Below, in pieces: positions 11,999 through 24,895 of a stretch of 64,000 nt of DNA. Source of the DNA: Podarcis gaigeae (lineage: Eukaryota). Under the pieces are notes generated by a model that saw only the letters and a program-made list of their open reading frames with translations, was not told the origin of the DNA and ran no database searches. The position numbers and the translations under genes are program-made. The DNA is taken from the NCBI GenBank assembly GCA_964106915.2, contig OZ066918.1; one strand, given 5' to 3'. Position 1 is the first letter of the stretch. Each line of letters starts with the position of its first letter.

Positions 11999-12874
11999 GT
12001 AATGCGGGAGAAGTGTGTAACCTCTGTTCAAACAACTATTTTCTCAACACTCCTTGCCCCTCTACCTGCCTCCTGCCCTTTTGGGCTATAACATTCTTAT
12101 GTAAAAGAGGACCTGCTGTTAAAAGTTAACTGATCCTTGCCTTTGCCATAAAGGTGCCAGTTCTTGCAGCAGCTTGCTGCCTTGTTGAGGTGAATGGTGC
12201 TCCGACTCCACAGTGTTGATTTTTGACAGTGAAGAGCACGTTCCTTATTGCTTCTCTTTTTAAGCAACTTTGCATCCATAGTAGGTACATTAGCAGGTGC
12301 TCAAAATAGGCTGGGTCAGGGTAGATGGCAGAGGCAGGTGTCATGAGTCCTGTGGCATCAGCTGTGACAGGGTGGCAATGGCAGGATCTGTCAGAGGATG
12401 AGAACTCTGCGGTTGAGGTAGAGATGCTTTTGTAAGGGACAGGGGGGAGCTGGGGAGTTGCTAGCTGGACGAGTTCCTACTCCATCTCCTGAGTACAGAG
12501 TGCCCAAGATAGTGAAAGAGGCAGCTGGTAATTTGGCAGAGGCAGCTGAGTTGGAGACATAGGGAGAGTTTGAGGGTTGGGCTCAGGTCTTGTTGCCAAG
12601 GATGCACCAGTAGACCCAGCAGTTGCCGCCGCCACCACCACCAGGAGCTGTCGCTTGTGACTGTGTGGTCCTTCTCTTTAAAAGCAGAGCAGGAGAGGTG
12701 AGTCAAGTGTTGGGACAACATATTTGCTTATGCCTAGCCAGGTATCCCAGAACTCTGTTTATAAACCGTTAATAGCAGTGTTAGAAACTGAGATAGGAGC
12801 CAAATGGCTTCTAGGACCTGGGTTGTGGGCACCAAAACAGAATGTCTAGTCACCATTTGGGAGAGGTGGCAACA

Positions 12875-13330
12875 CTTTTTATTTATTATTTTGATGAGCA
12901 TGAACTAATACACAATTCACATAAGTTACACATTGTTAACATCACATTTTAAACATAAATTGTTAATACATGTTTAATTTGGTGTTTACATTAAAATTTT
13001 TGATACCATACTTCAGTCTTCAAAACACACTACTCTTTATTGTTAAACTCCTTAACATATTGCCTATCCTTAACATATACTTTGAGGCTTCAAAGCCCAT
13101 ACATTTCCATAATCCTTGAGTGTCAGCCAGGTGCAAAAAAATGGCACCCAGACTTTTTGAGGTGTTCGCAAATGGAGAATCTTTAGGTACAAAATGCGCC
13201 TGGTGCCCTGCTAATTTCAAAGTCTGGTTAGTAGATCTGATGATGAGGCCATGGTTTTATAAGTAAAGTTTTTGGGATTTCCCTATCTAAGAGTCTTTTA
13301 TCCAAGGGTGGGAACCAGGACATCCACACT
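12875..13330 (-). mobile_element. Degenerate L1/Tx1-like LINE 3' fragment
   Basis: T-rich tail on + strand. Minus-strand QKVWVPFF resembles the ORF2 C-terminal F.K.W..F motif. Boundaries approximate. Confidence 0.4.
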
Positions 13331-14099
13331 GCTTTAAACTCTCTGTGTTCCCTGTGTTAGGTGTTAAAACACCTGGGTGGTAGTTTTCAAGGTAGAGCTG
13401 GAGGAAGGAACGCCTTCATTTGACTTTGTTCTTTTAATAGCTCACCATAATAACATGCCATTTATAAACTTGAATTTCTGCACTAAAGATCCTATGTGGC
13501 TGCACAGTTTTGATAAGCTGCCACTGGATCTACAAAATACTTTGTGTATTTGTTTTTGTAGCAAGACCTGAATGATTAGCCCTAATTTAATTAAAAATTC
13601 TTTTGCAAAGGATCGTCATTCTGTTATTTGCTATTATTAACATTTTGCTGATTACTGCGAAACAGCATCCCTTGTGGATCTGAGATTATCCTAGGCGTTG
13701 CTGATGTGGTACCCTCCAGATATTGCTGGATTACAACTCCCATCAGCTCCACCCAACATGGCCAGTAGTCGGAGATTATCTTCTCATGTATCTGTAAATG
13801 GCTAAGGAATAGGAAGCAGAGAGGGAAGGATGCAGTAGGTAGAAGGATCAATATTGTGACCCATGATTTTTAAGTTGTTCGTAAATGTACTTGAGTTAGG
13901 GGGCAAGCAATGAGGTAGCCAAGTTTGCGTCTGATACCAAACTGGCAGAAGTTTTCATAATGCATTCCTGGTATAAGGCAAACTAAATATGCTTTGGTAC
14001 ATAAAAGGTATCTTTGGGTAAATGAACCCTTGCTGGAGATTTATGTGACCAGATCTACTACTAGTTTCCTCTACAAAGCTTCTAGTTCCCTCTGGGTAA

Positions 14100-14370
14100 A
14101 AGTTCTGACTACTATTACGGTAATGGTTTTCTGATGTGCCTGAAGTTGCTGGGCAGCCCACTCAACAGCCTTTTTCCATAAAGGAAAAAGCTGGAAGCAG
14201 AGCAGTCAATGAGCGGCATTGTGTCTTCATGTTTGTTTAGCAGGGTACAAATAGGTATAGCTTTGAGACCATCTGGCATTCTGCTTTCCCTGAGCAGTGC
14301 ATTGGTAATACCAGCTAATAAGGAACACAGCATTGCCCTGTTGGCTTTCATCTGTTAGGATGGGCATGGA
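14100..14370 (-). mobile_element. L2 ORF2 internal fragment (pre-RT region)
   Basis: Minus ORF ITNALLRESRMPDGLKAIPICTLLNK...SNFRHI resembles L2 IINxSLxxGxVPxxLKxAxVxPLLKK...NYRPIS. Confidence 0.5.
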
Positions 14371-15410
14371 TCCAAATTGTGTTTTGTAGCTCATGGGCTC
14401 ACTTCAGTGTATGCCCTCTGCATCTGTAAATGAGACTAATTGAAACTGATCCAAATAAAACAAGCAAGACTGAGTTTGACATCTCAAATGCAGTTTAGGT
14501 TTGGAGTCCCAGGCTGAACCAAATGCAAGTGACTTGTTTTTGCCAGATAGATGGGGAAACCCATCCCAACTGTCATAGATGGCTTAATCTCTGTAAGGTG
14601 AAATCCTGGATTCACAGGCCCTCTCATAATTCTGAGGTGGTTAGCAGGATGGCATTGCACTGGTAAGAGGCAAGGAAGATTTCAGTATAGCCTTCAAAAT
14701 GCCATTTTGCAAATAAAACCAAATAACAGATTTGGCTGAAATATCCCCTTTTGTTTCTGGGTTTCAAGGCGAGGAGATATGCAGTAATAAAAAAATGGAA
14801 AATGATTCCTGCATGCCACTGGCCACGTTTACACATAATGATAAGCCAAGGTTCTTGGTTTATCTTTAACAAACGATACTTTGCACAAGCAGAGTGCCTG
14901 TGCACTGTGTACAGAGTTGTGTACTTTTTGCTCATTTCTTTGAATGAGCAGGTAAACAAACCAGGAAGGGCATAACATCACATTATATCTGAATCTGGAA
15001 TTGTGGTTTGTTTTCCCCTAGCAATACACAGTTTATAAACCAATGACAAACCTTGCTTTAAGGCTAGCTAGTGATTTTTGGCTTGTTAGAGAGAGATAAA
15101 CAATTATCATAGGTTCAGATAATGGTATCCTTTTGTGGTTTTTACCATCTCTTGTGAAGGGATCATCAAAGTGGGAGTTATCAGGTTGTGTGCACTGTGT
15201 GGTTTGTTAAGCCAAGGCTGTTGACTTTTGGTACCCACAAACATTGCCAATGTGTTGGAGTCCAATTTGTTGTCTGATAGCTTGGTCAGGCCATTGGAAA
15301 CTTAACCATAAGGATCAATGTATTTATCCTCTTGAGAGTTCTAGAATCCAGTTGGCTTCATACCTCTTGACCTGGCTGTATGACTGGTAGGGTTTGGCCA
15401 GAATCCAATA

Positions 15411-15636
15411 CAGTGGTACCTCGGGTTACATACGCTTCAGGTTACGGATTCTGCTAACCCAGAAATATTATCTTGGGTTAAGAACTTTGCTTCAGGATGA
15501 GAACAGAAATCGTGCTCTGGCAGCGCGACGGCAGCAGGAGGCCCCATTAGCTAAAGTGGTGTTTCAGGTTAAGAACAGTTTCAGGTTAAGAACGGACCTC
15601 CGGAACAAATTAATTACTTAACCCAAGGTACCACTG
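15411..15636. mobile_element. Tc1/mariner (Tigger-like) MITE
   Basis: TIR CAGTGGTACCT...AGGTACCACTG flanked by TA on both sides. Near-identical to 29722-29963. Confidence 0.92.
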
Positions 15637-16136
15637 TAATGGATAACTGACCATTCATTTGCTGCTCCCCCTGTGCATTAACAAAAGCTATAAATTGTTG
15701 GTATAATATTGCTTGGTAACTTTCATTTCATTAGTTTGTTTATTAAATTATATACCACGTTCATCCGAGGATTGTGGGGCGGTTTACAATATAAATATAC
15801 TTAACAATCCTCTGAAGCTCTCTCCCAGCAGGAGACTAGTTGCCTCTTTATCATTTCAACTCTTCAGTTTGATCAAGATTGTTTTAGTTGTTGTTTTTAG
15901 AAAAGTATTACTTTGTTGAGTTTTCATAATGGGTGGCACCAAGAACAGTAAGCAGACGTCCCCTCTCTCTATTTGCAGATAACAAAATAATTGCAATTAC
16001 CCTCCCAGTCTCTGGTTGTTCACTTCTTGGGGTGGGAGGGGGTTCACCTAAAGTTTGTTTAGAGAGAAAGAGGGATCTGATAAAACAATACTGTTTTCTG
16101 TTTGAGGCTATCCCGTTTAAATATTAAGGTCTAGAG

Positions 16137-16268
16137 TAGCATAGAGCAACATGGTGCCCTCCAGATGTTGTTGAACTAACTCTCATCAGCCCCAGCTAGT
16201 GTTGCCAAGAGTCAGGAATGTTGAGAGTCCTACAACATCTGGAGAGAACACCATGTTGGATACCCCTG
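16137..16268. mobile_element. Degenerate hAT palindromic MITE
   Basis: Inverted arms caacatggtg..ctccagatgttg / caacatctggag..caccatgttg. Flanks gtctagag/gtctgcag. Confidence 0.65.
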
Positions 16269-18512
16269 GTCTGCAGTGGGAAGAATGGAGGGACAAAGAT
16301 TCAAATATGATAGTTCGAGGAAGCATAGAGTGAACAGCGTGTTTTGAGTTTAAGAAAAAGGACATTTTAGCTTTAATCCTGAAACAAATGTAATGTGTTA
16401 GCCAGAAGTCACAAGCACTCTCCTGCTCCCACCCTAACAGAGCCCTAACTGGGACAGATAAGATAGGGCAGGAATAGCCCAGGAACACTCAGGACTGAGG
16501 TTGTTGCTGTTATTTATTAGACTTGCCAGTTGGTTGTTACCCAGACGTCTCCAAGTGACTTACAACACATTTAAAACATACAGTACACCATAAAAACAGA
16601 ACAAAGCAACTCCCAAGATAGCTGCAGGAGACTTTGGCATTCAAGTTGAACTTAAATGACTATTTCAAACAGTACCAATACCTTCCATGGTGTGTACCAT
16701 GTGTGAGACAGGTAGTGGAAGCAATGCTTTGTGGATGGTTGAACTCAGTTGCCTGCTTTTCAATTAAGATTTGTGGGGTGGCACCCTTTGAGCTGTACCA
16801 CGCTGGAGCTATTTCACATGTCATTCTTGTTTCCTATCAGAGCAGAGAGGACCAGTTGTTCCCCCATGGGACCCAGAGGAGCTTCACATATTACCTGAGT
16901 AGTATACATCACACTAAAGGGGGACAGAGGCCAAGAGGGGCCTGCGCTTTCTGAGACAAGTAGCTTGCATTCCCCCTCTGTCAATTCCTGGCACCTTGAG
17001 CATATTTGAAAGAAAGGCACTTTTTGCATGCAAAATGTAGCAGAGTCATAAACTACGCATTTTAAAAAGAAGGCTGCAAACCTTTTTCTTACGGCGCTGC
17101 CGCTGCTGATTTGTGCAGAATGGAACTGTATTGCAGCCACTCGTAGCTATAGTGAGAATGTCGCTTCAGATGAAGTCTAGACTGCAGCATGAGCATGTGG
17201 CCAATTTGAATGAAGTTTGGGTCAAAGAGGATAACTTTATTCAATCTACCCTTTCGTGCTTTGATGCCCCTGGTTCAAATGCACTTGTAACCATTGCTTG
17301 AATAGCTTGCTTTGGACTTAATCCACCTCTTGTGAGCCAGCCCGCTCCATTTTTGGATGCAGAGAAGTAGGAGATAAGCTTAGCTTGTTGCAAAACATAA
17401 CATGTTTTTTTCTTGGCTTAATTTCCCTTCCATCTTTTTTAGGGTACTCTGATGTGCTGGGACTTTCTGCATGTGAACCTGCAGATTAGCATCTGTTTCA
17501 GTTTGATATAGAAGCTGAGGTGCAGGGGAAGTGGGTGATTGACAAGGAGCAGACTTGAATAGTTTTATACGCAACACTGTTTTGCAAACTGGCTGCATTT
17601 GACTTTACAGCTGTTTTAACACATAGCAAGACTTTCCGCCTGCCTGCCTGCCTCTGTACTGGAGGCAGCTTTTCTTTGTTCATTCTGCCTCCCTGTACTT
17701 GTATCTGGCCTGCAAGGAGTTAACTCCAGCTCAGTGAGTGCTGGGCTCCTGGCTGCTGTTACGCTACAGTGGAGGACCAGCCCAGACACTGGCTGCTGGT
17801 GTTGCTGGGGGGAACGGAATCAGTGACGGCAGTAGTCGCAGCATCAGCCGGCTGTTTGTGCACATCATCAGCCAGCGGCTGAGGGGAAATAAAACTGAAA
17901 GCCCTTGGATGCAACAGTGTTGCTTGAAAGAAGCACCAGCACCCATGGACCAGGTTGGCATCCTGGCAGCAGGCAAGCTGAACTGGGTTCATACCCTTTT
18001 GACCTTCTCCTGCTTGGAGTCGGATGGAGTGATGAAGTAGCAGGGAGCAATGCAGAGTCGGGCTTGGAGCCTAAAACAGTGAGTTGGGGTTGGGAAGAGG
18101 TTGGCTGGGGGGGGGGGGCATAAAGGGTATTCTTGGAGCTCGTTGCTTTTCAGGCACAATCTTCAGGGAAGCTGATTCTTTGTTTCTACAGCAACAGCGC
18201 AGGCTGGAGCAAATGTTGAAACTGCTGCCTTACTTCGGCTTTTGGGCTCAGTTTCATCCTCTTCCTGGATCAAAGCTAGAGATTATATACAAAAATGAAT
18301 AAAAATTGGGGGTGGGGGATTTGTAGTACAGAGCTTCTGTCTTTTCAGGAAACACTTTTAAGGAATGCGAATCTTCAGGAATATCACCACTGAAAGCTTT
18401 ACGGCACTTGGAAATATAGCGTTTTTGGTCCTAGACAATTGTCCCCAGCAGTAAGTCTGTCTTCTGTGTTCCTGCTGCATAAATATCCTTCAAGTGTTTA
18501 TGTGTTGCAACT

Positions 18513-18698
18513 TAGGTAGCTGCCCTATACCTGATTGGACCATTGGTTCATCTAACAGCATTGTTCTGTACACTAACAGGCAGTGGCTTTCCAGGGTTTC
18601 AGGCAGTTACTTCTCCCAGCCTTATCTGGTGATGCTGGAGGTTTAATGTGGGATCTTTTGCATGCAAAGTCTGTGCTCTGCCACTGAGCTTTGGCCTT
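18513..18698 (-). mobile_element. tRNA-derived squamate SINE (Squam3-like)
   Basis: Minus strand reads ggccaaagctcagtggcagagcacagactttgcatgcaaaagatcccacattaaacctccagcatc (tRNA A/B-box-like head), ending ...atagggcagctacct. Confidence 0.7.
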
Positions 18699-20053
18699 TG
18701 CCCTTTGTGTACCACATTTCCATACTATCATTCTTATCACCCTGATAATAACCCATTCATAGAAAGCACCCCCAGCTAAGCACTATGTCACCTGCACAGC
18801 AGCAAACCAGTGTCCCCCAAATTTTAACTACTTTACTTCTTCAATTTTTCTTTCTGTACACCTAAAGAGCCTGGGACAAAAAGGAATTGATTGATTTTTG
18901 CCACTGGTGTGCTTATTTGTCCTAGCTAATGTTAACATATTGGGATAAAAGAATGTTCTGTGGGGTTTTTCAAACAAAAACTGATTTGGGGAAACAGACC
19001 TACCCAGATATTTCACCCTTGGTTAGGGGCATTTTACTACTCCAAGATAAATTGGAATGTAGGTTGTGGTATGAAAACCATTTATGTTAATTTTTTTAAT
19101 GGGTGAAGGTAAGTCTCTGTGTGACTCAGTATACTGGTGTTTTACCTCTTCACGTTTTATATAGCAGAAGTCAACCCCCTTTCCTTCCCTTTGCAAATAA
19201 TGTAGTTCCATACCTATGACAATATGCAGTGTGGTCCCAAAGTTGATTTTGTCTTTGTTGCTAGTCTGAAATCCAGACTTCTCTTTCCATCTCCAGAAAA
19301 AAGCACCAAAGCTTCAGAATGTACAGTATTAGCTGACCTGTCCAATTAAAAGGACTCTGGTTGATGATCTTTGTTTCCAGTAAAATTTCTACCCCATTAC
19401 ATGTGGCTGATGAAGAATTTACAGTAGTGTAATAAAACTTGAAAATGGCAAAATGCAGATTATTGTTCATTATAGACAACTGTGGATGAGTCTGGACTCC
19501 AATATTCATAATAAGATGTTTGGTAAAGGCAATATTCTGATGTTTGAATAGCTCTCAAATGTAGAATTGATAAGGTGGAATATTCCTCAACATACCTTGT
19601 AGTCCACCTCTTCCCTTTTCCTGATAATATGTACACACTGTTTCCTCAGTCACAGACCACTGAACCAACCCCAAGACACACATTCAGTTAGGCAAAAGTT
19701 AGGCTTCAGCATGCAAGTGTTACTTACAGTTACTGTATACTCTCTCTCTATATTGGGAAAAAACAAAACTTTATATAACCTGCTCCTAAACTTTTTTTCT
19801 CACATACATAATTTTTATTTCAGTGGAAATCACTGAATTGGTACCTCCACCCTTGAAAAACAATCTTAATCTCCTTTATTTGGAAGCAAGCACCTTCCTT
19901 TGGGCTGCATTCTCACACTACCGCTGCTACAGTGTTGTATTGCTGATGTTTAAATACTTTTGCCCATAAAAAGGTTAATTAGGGTAGTTCCGATGCATCT
20001 GTATATTCAGGAATAACAGCATTGGCTAAAACTATTTTTGTGTTGTTTTTCAG

Positions 20054-22661
20054 GGAGACTTAGAAAACAAACCAGTCAATGGCTGCAGACCAGAGCTCAT
20101 GGACTGTGTTGCCCACGGCCATGGCGAAAAACCCAAGGTGAAACCAAGCCATTTGCTGCCTTGGGAAAATGTACAGGCAGATGAAAAGGGAAGTATGACT
20201 GGCTTAGAAACGGAGAAGTGGGCACAGAATGAGAAGCCATCGCTTAGCGTCCATGTGAACGGTGACCTCTGTAGAGCTAGAGCAAGGAATGAGAACTCGA
20301 AACATTTTGAAAAGGATCCAAAAGCTGTTCATTCTTCCAACGTGTTAGATGACCCCAAAAAGTTGCTTGCACAAACTGTTAGAAATGGCATTAAAAGCAT
20401 TCCTTATTCACCAGCAGAATGTGACTTGTTGCTGAAAAAAACAGGTGCTGATCCGGCAAACAGCTGCCCAGAAAGCAACTTGGATGCCTCTTTGGGTTGC
20501 GCTGCTCAACTGAACAATAACAGCACTTTGACAACTGGAACATGTGGTGCTCTTCCAGAAAAGAAGGATCGCATTCTAGCGCAGCAGACAGAAAACTCTA
20601 ATGCCATTCAGGAATCTGAGAACTCACTTTTACAAACTATTTCACTTTTAGATCTTCAGGACAAGCCATCTTGCACTCCCGTGCATGACACAGATGGCTG
20701 CCTTGATGATGGTGCTTCAAATGGTGCTCCAAGCAAAGATTTGCAACCTGAAGATTTGTCACTTCAGTCAACTTTTTTATCTTTGATTAAAAACCGAAAT
20801 TTAACTGTAGAACAGGTTGTAGCTATTGAGGCATTGACACGCTTGTCGGAAGTCCCTCCAGGAGCTCCCTTACCAGCTAAACCAGAAAGAGTTCAGTGCA
20901 TAGAAGAGCAAAGTTCACATTCACTTAACAATTACAAAAAGGATAATTCATGTTTCTTGACATCATCTGCATTGAAAGTAATCAAAGGAAGTTGTCCACA
21001 GAAGGACCAGCAGCTCTTTCCTCATGCTCCTTCGCAGAGAAGAACCCTTCCTAAAAGTCCCTTGACGTCATCTGCATTGATAGCAATCAAAGGGGCTTGT
21101 CCACAGAAAGACCAGCAGCTCTTTTCTCATGGTGCTTCACAGAGAAGAATCTTTCCTAAGAGTTTGCTTTACAATGGTCAAGGTGCTATTTCTGAATTCC
21201 CCAGTAAAACCACTGGTCCATCTAGCTTATTGCGTAGGCTACATTTCTCCCCACGAGATACCAAGTCTTTATCTGCGTTAGTGTCTGGTGGAACTTCAGG
21301 TCATACTACCAAGAAACACCCTCTTTATCATAAAGCTGCCATTGGGCCATGCTCCAAAATCTCAAGTGTTGTCAAACAGCGGAGGAGCAGAGTAGACATG
21401 CTTGGAAAGTGGGAGGGGAAGGCTGTCCATGGCTCAAATTCAAAAAGTAATTCTGTATTTAGGGGAAATATTCATAGCCAGGATGAGGAAGAGGTAGCCA
21501 CCCAGTTAACTCAACTTGCAGCAATAATTGAATCAAGCAAAGCAAGCCCAGACCAGAAGACATCGCTTCTCAGTCGAATACCACCCGATATGCAACCAAA
21601 ACATAAACAGGACCAGTGCCTATTGCAGAAGAAACAATCTGTATTTGTAAGGAACAATTATAGTCCATTGTTAGTCAAGCAAAGGCAACCAACACGGAAA
21701 AATGAAAAACCAGTACCGAGGGCAAAAAGATTAAAAAAGAAGCCTCAAGTAATGCCTGACCAACAAAATCAGCTACAACAAGATTGCCATCTTAGTGAAT
21801 TACAGGACATACCGAAAAAGCCTTCTAAACTACGCAAGGTTGGTCGTAACGCGTCACAGGATTCAAAACTAACTGCTTTGGGGAAAAGATCTTCTAAAGC
21901 CAAAGTACAGAAGGCATGGAATCGGAATACTTTGTCATCACAACAAAAAGCAGCTGCATTATTTCTTCCCAAAACTCAAATAATATACCACAGGCCTTTG
22001 CCTGCTTCAACACAAGACAAAGTGAAAGACAAGTTGTTTGGCTTTGAAATGGTGCCTGAGCACATAAAAACTATGGGCTCCAATGAGGCACGGGGCACCA
22101 ATCCTCCAGGTGCTGCCCCAGATGCTCTGCACCATAGTGGCCTACTCTCCAATAGTCTTCTGACTGTCCCTCACTTCGAAGCAAAATCCTGTTTGAACCA
22201 AGGAAGTGAAAATGTACACATGTTTACAGAAAAAGACAAGAATTCTCAGGTACAGCAAACAATGAACATGGCTCAGATGCATCCTTTGCCTCAGATCTTT
22301 GGTCAAAGAGCAGATGAAATGTGCAAGGAAAACCAAGCAAAACTTGAGTGCGGTGCTATGGAACAACAAATGGGCCAGAAATTGCAAACCATGTCCATTA
22401 ACTGTAGCTTAGCCTCCCCAGGGGAAACCTTGCAGGCTCTCAGGAAAGCAGAGTGTGCAAGTGAAGTTACAGTTCCAACATCAAGAAGCTTGGAGACTGA
22501 GAACACACAGAGAACAGGGATCTTAGGGTGTTCTCCAACAAAGAATACACTCAGTAGTTTTCTTGAATCGCCTATGAAGTTCTTGGACACCCCTACAAAG
22601 AACCTAATCGATACACCTACAAAGAAAGGACAGACTGATTTTCCAAGCTGTGATTGTGTTG
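20054..22661 (+). CDS. TET1: TET1 large exon 4 (2608 nt): disordered region with Sin3-interaction helix, up to the start of the Cys-rich domain
   Basis: Acceptor tttttcag|GGA. Starts [17 protein letters not shown]; Met at 20099 corresponds to the short-isoform start. Contains [17 protein letters not shown]. Ends FPSCDCV G|gtaagt (phase 1). Confidence 0.95.
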
Positions 22662-23136
22662 GTAAGTGTAATTTGCTTCATTTTGCATGGAGTTCTGAAA
22701 GTTTTCTCACTGAGGATTCCTTTAGAATTTTTATCTTGCAAATGTTGCCTCTTGCCTGCTCTGATGAAGTGAGTCTCCAAGTCTCGACCACATAAGTGAA
22801 AAGATGACTCTATATCACTCCATATACTAATCAAGTAACTGCTTGATTACCTGAATTTACCATCTGGCTGTGACTTCCAACAGTAGTGGAAGAATTTCTA
22901 GTTACCTAAAGAGTTGATGTTATCAGTTGAAAATACTTCTTCAGCCCTGCACTTCAGGGAATTGCTGGCTTCCTGTTTCTCTGCAACAAACGGAGGAAAA
23001 TTGTTTTGTTGGTTTGTTGACAATTAGGGAATAACAACCTATATAAATAATACAGGGGAGATATCTTTATCACTGCTCCTCCTTGGTTGTCTCATTGAAT
23101 TCCAATGTGTCCTTGGTAAAAGCAGTATATTATTTA

Positions 23137-23615
23137 CTGTATTTTTCCGTCTATAAGACGCCCTCATGTATAAGGACCCCCCCCCCCCGTATTTTTTGGG
23201 AGTCAATTTTAAGAAAATGAGGGGAGATGGCCCAAAGTTGTTGAGCCTCTCCCCCCACGCAGCTGCGGGCAGGAAACACTCCCTAGATCATTTCCCGCAT
23301 GCAGTGGCATTGGGGGAAGTTTCACTCCCGCCAGCCATCCAGTTGGGAGCGCAACCTCCCCCGATGCCACCGTGCACAGGAAATGACCCAGGGACCGCCC
23401 ACTGTGCACCGCGGCATTGGGGGAGTTTGTGCTCCCGTGCAGATGGCTGGCGGTGCACAGCTTCTCTCTCCCCCTAGGCAGGAAACACCCTCCAGATCGC
23501 TCCCCTCTCGCTGCAGCATCAGGGAAAGCCGAGTTCCCGCCAACGAGCTGGCTGGCAGCGCAGCACTCCCCCCCACATGCCACTATCCGTGTATTGGACG
23601 ACCCCAGTTTTTTTA
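23137..23615 (+). mobile_element. Truncated non-autonomous Tc1/mariner (Tc2-like) element
   Basis: Starts TA|CTGTATTTTTCCGTCTATAAGACGC, a typical TcMar terminus. GC-rich interior. Right TIR not found. Confidence 0.55.
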
Positions 23616-23977
23616 TGTGTATGTACGCATTTGGCTCCTGTTCTTCAGTATCTGAAAGGGAATGAAGTATTATATTAATGATAAACCAGTTAACAATAAT
23701 AAACTTGACTCTAGTTCAAAATGTGAACATTTTGAAAAGATTCCATAGCATTTCTGTTTTGATAAAGGCTCCATTGTTAATCCCATCAATATTCCTCAGC
23801 CTTCTCAGACTTGGAGATCCACCAAGTCTTTTAACTCCAGCCTGGAGTGTATGACATGCCTAATAAATATTTTACTGTATATGTTTATCTTTCTCCTCTT
23901 TTAAAAAAACCCACAACTGTATGTGTGTACTCGGTACATGAAATAATTTTAACAGCTATTTTTAATTTTTTCTGTAG

Positions 23978-24068
23978 AGCAAATTATAGAGAAGGATGAA
24001 GGGCCATATTATACACACCTTGGAACGGGACCAAGTGTTGCTGCAGTCAGGGAAATAATGGAAGACAG
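23978..24068 (+). CDS. TET1: TET1 exon 5 (91 nt; [31 protein letters not shown])
   Basis: tctgtag|AG...AG|gtgag. Conserved TET Cys-rich domain motif GPYYTHLG. Confidence 0.97.
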
Positions 24069-24779
24069 GTGAGAAAATACATATCAGTGAGTAAAGGTTG
24101 AATAAATATAGGCACAGCGCTATACACCCCCCAAAAAATAAATCAAATATATATGATGATAGTATAAGTGGTTTATAACTTCTTCTTTTTCTTGCGGTAC
24201 TTACCTAAGGCCTCCCTGCCTGATTATACTAGGTCGGAACTACACTATCTGTATTTGAGCTGCAGTAACTGGAATGCTGCTGCTTTTTGAGTGCTGACTC
24301 TGTCTTCAGGAAAGGGGTTGAGACTCTCATAAGACAGTTGGTGTTGGGAGTTGGACAGGAAGTGGGTATGTGACATGGTGTGCTGAGGTCTGGAAGAGTC
24401 ATCTCTTCCGTGTTGGTTTCTTAGGACTGTATCCAAGGCAGATGGTCAGTCACAGGAGGTAAATAAAGGACAACATGGCCAATTGTAGTACTGGGCTGGA
24501 AGCCAGCTAGAGCTTGAGGGAAGTTCAGATACCATCTTGACAAAGGAGAGAGACCAAATGATTTCCTGAACAAGAGTTGCAAGGTGCAAGCTTTCCTTTT
24601 CAGAGCCAAGTCACATTGGCAGTTGCTTATCATCAGCTACAATCCAGAGTTCTCATTTAGGTGTGCCTAAGGAATTGGGTATGCCCGTCAGGACTGCTGA
24701 TTGCTTTCTTTGAATAAGTTTATTTGAAGTACAGCATCCCATGCTGCATCATGATATGCTTTCCACATACTCCAGATAC

Positions 24780-24850
24780 TGAGGTCACCTTAACATACTT
24801 ACACATTTAGTACGGCCCAAGCTTTCATGGACACTTTGTCAGATGAATCT
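24780..24850 (-). mobile_element. Degenerate Penelope pLTR fragment with decayed hammerhead core
   Basis: Minus strand catCTGACAAagtgtccatGAAAgctt resembles the 36236-36373 element. Confidence 0.45.
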
Positions 24851-24895
24851 AGTACTATAGTGCTAGGGTGGGTTGCATCATCATGCTATTCCAGT

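Noticed and set aside
12339-12720. Possible solo LTR (TG...CA, GC-rich)
   Set aside because: No matching target-site duplication (gcagg vs tattt) and no second copy in the window.
17690-18300. Cluster of 60-100 aa ORFs in a GC-richer intronic patch
   Set aside because: No homology recognised and no coherent splice signals. It is probably a decayed repeat that I could not classify.
20099-22795. 898-aa ORF as a stand-alone single-exon gene
   Set aside because: It is TET1 exon 4. The true exon starts at acceptor 20054 and ends at donor 22661, so the last 44 codons are intronic.
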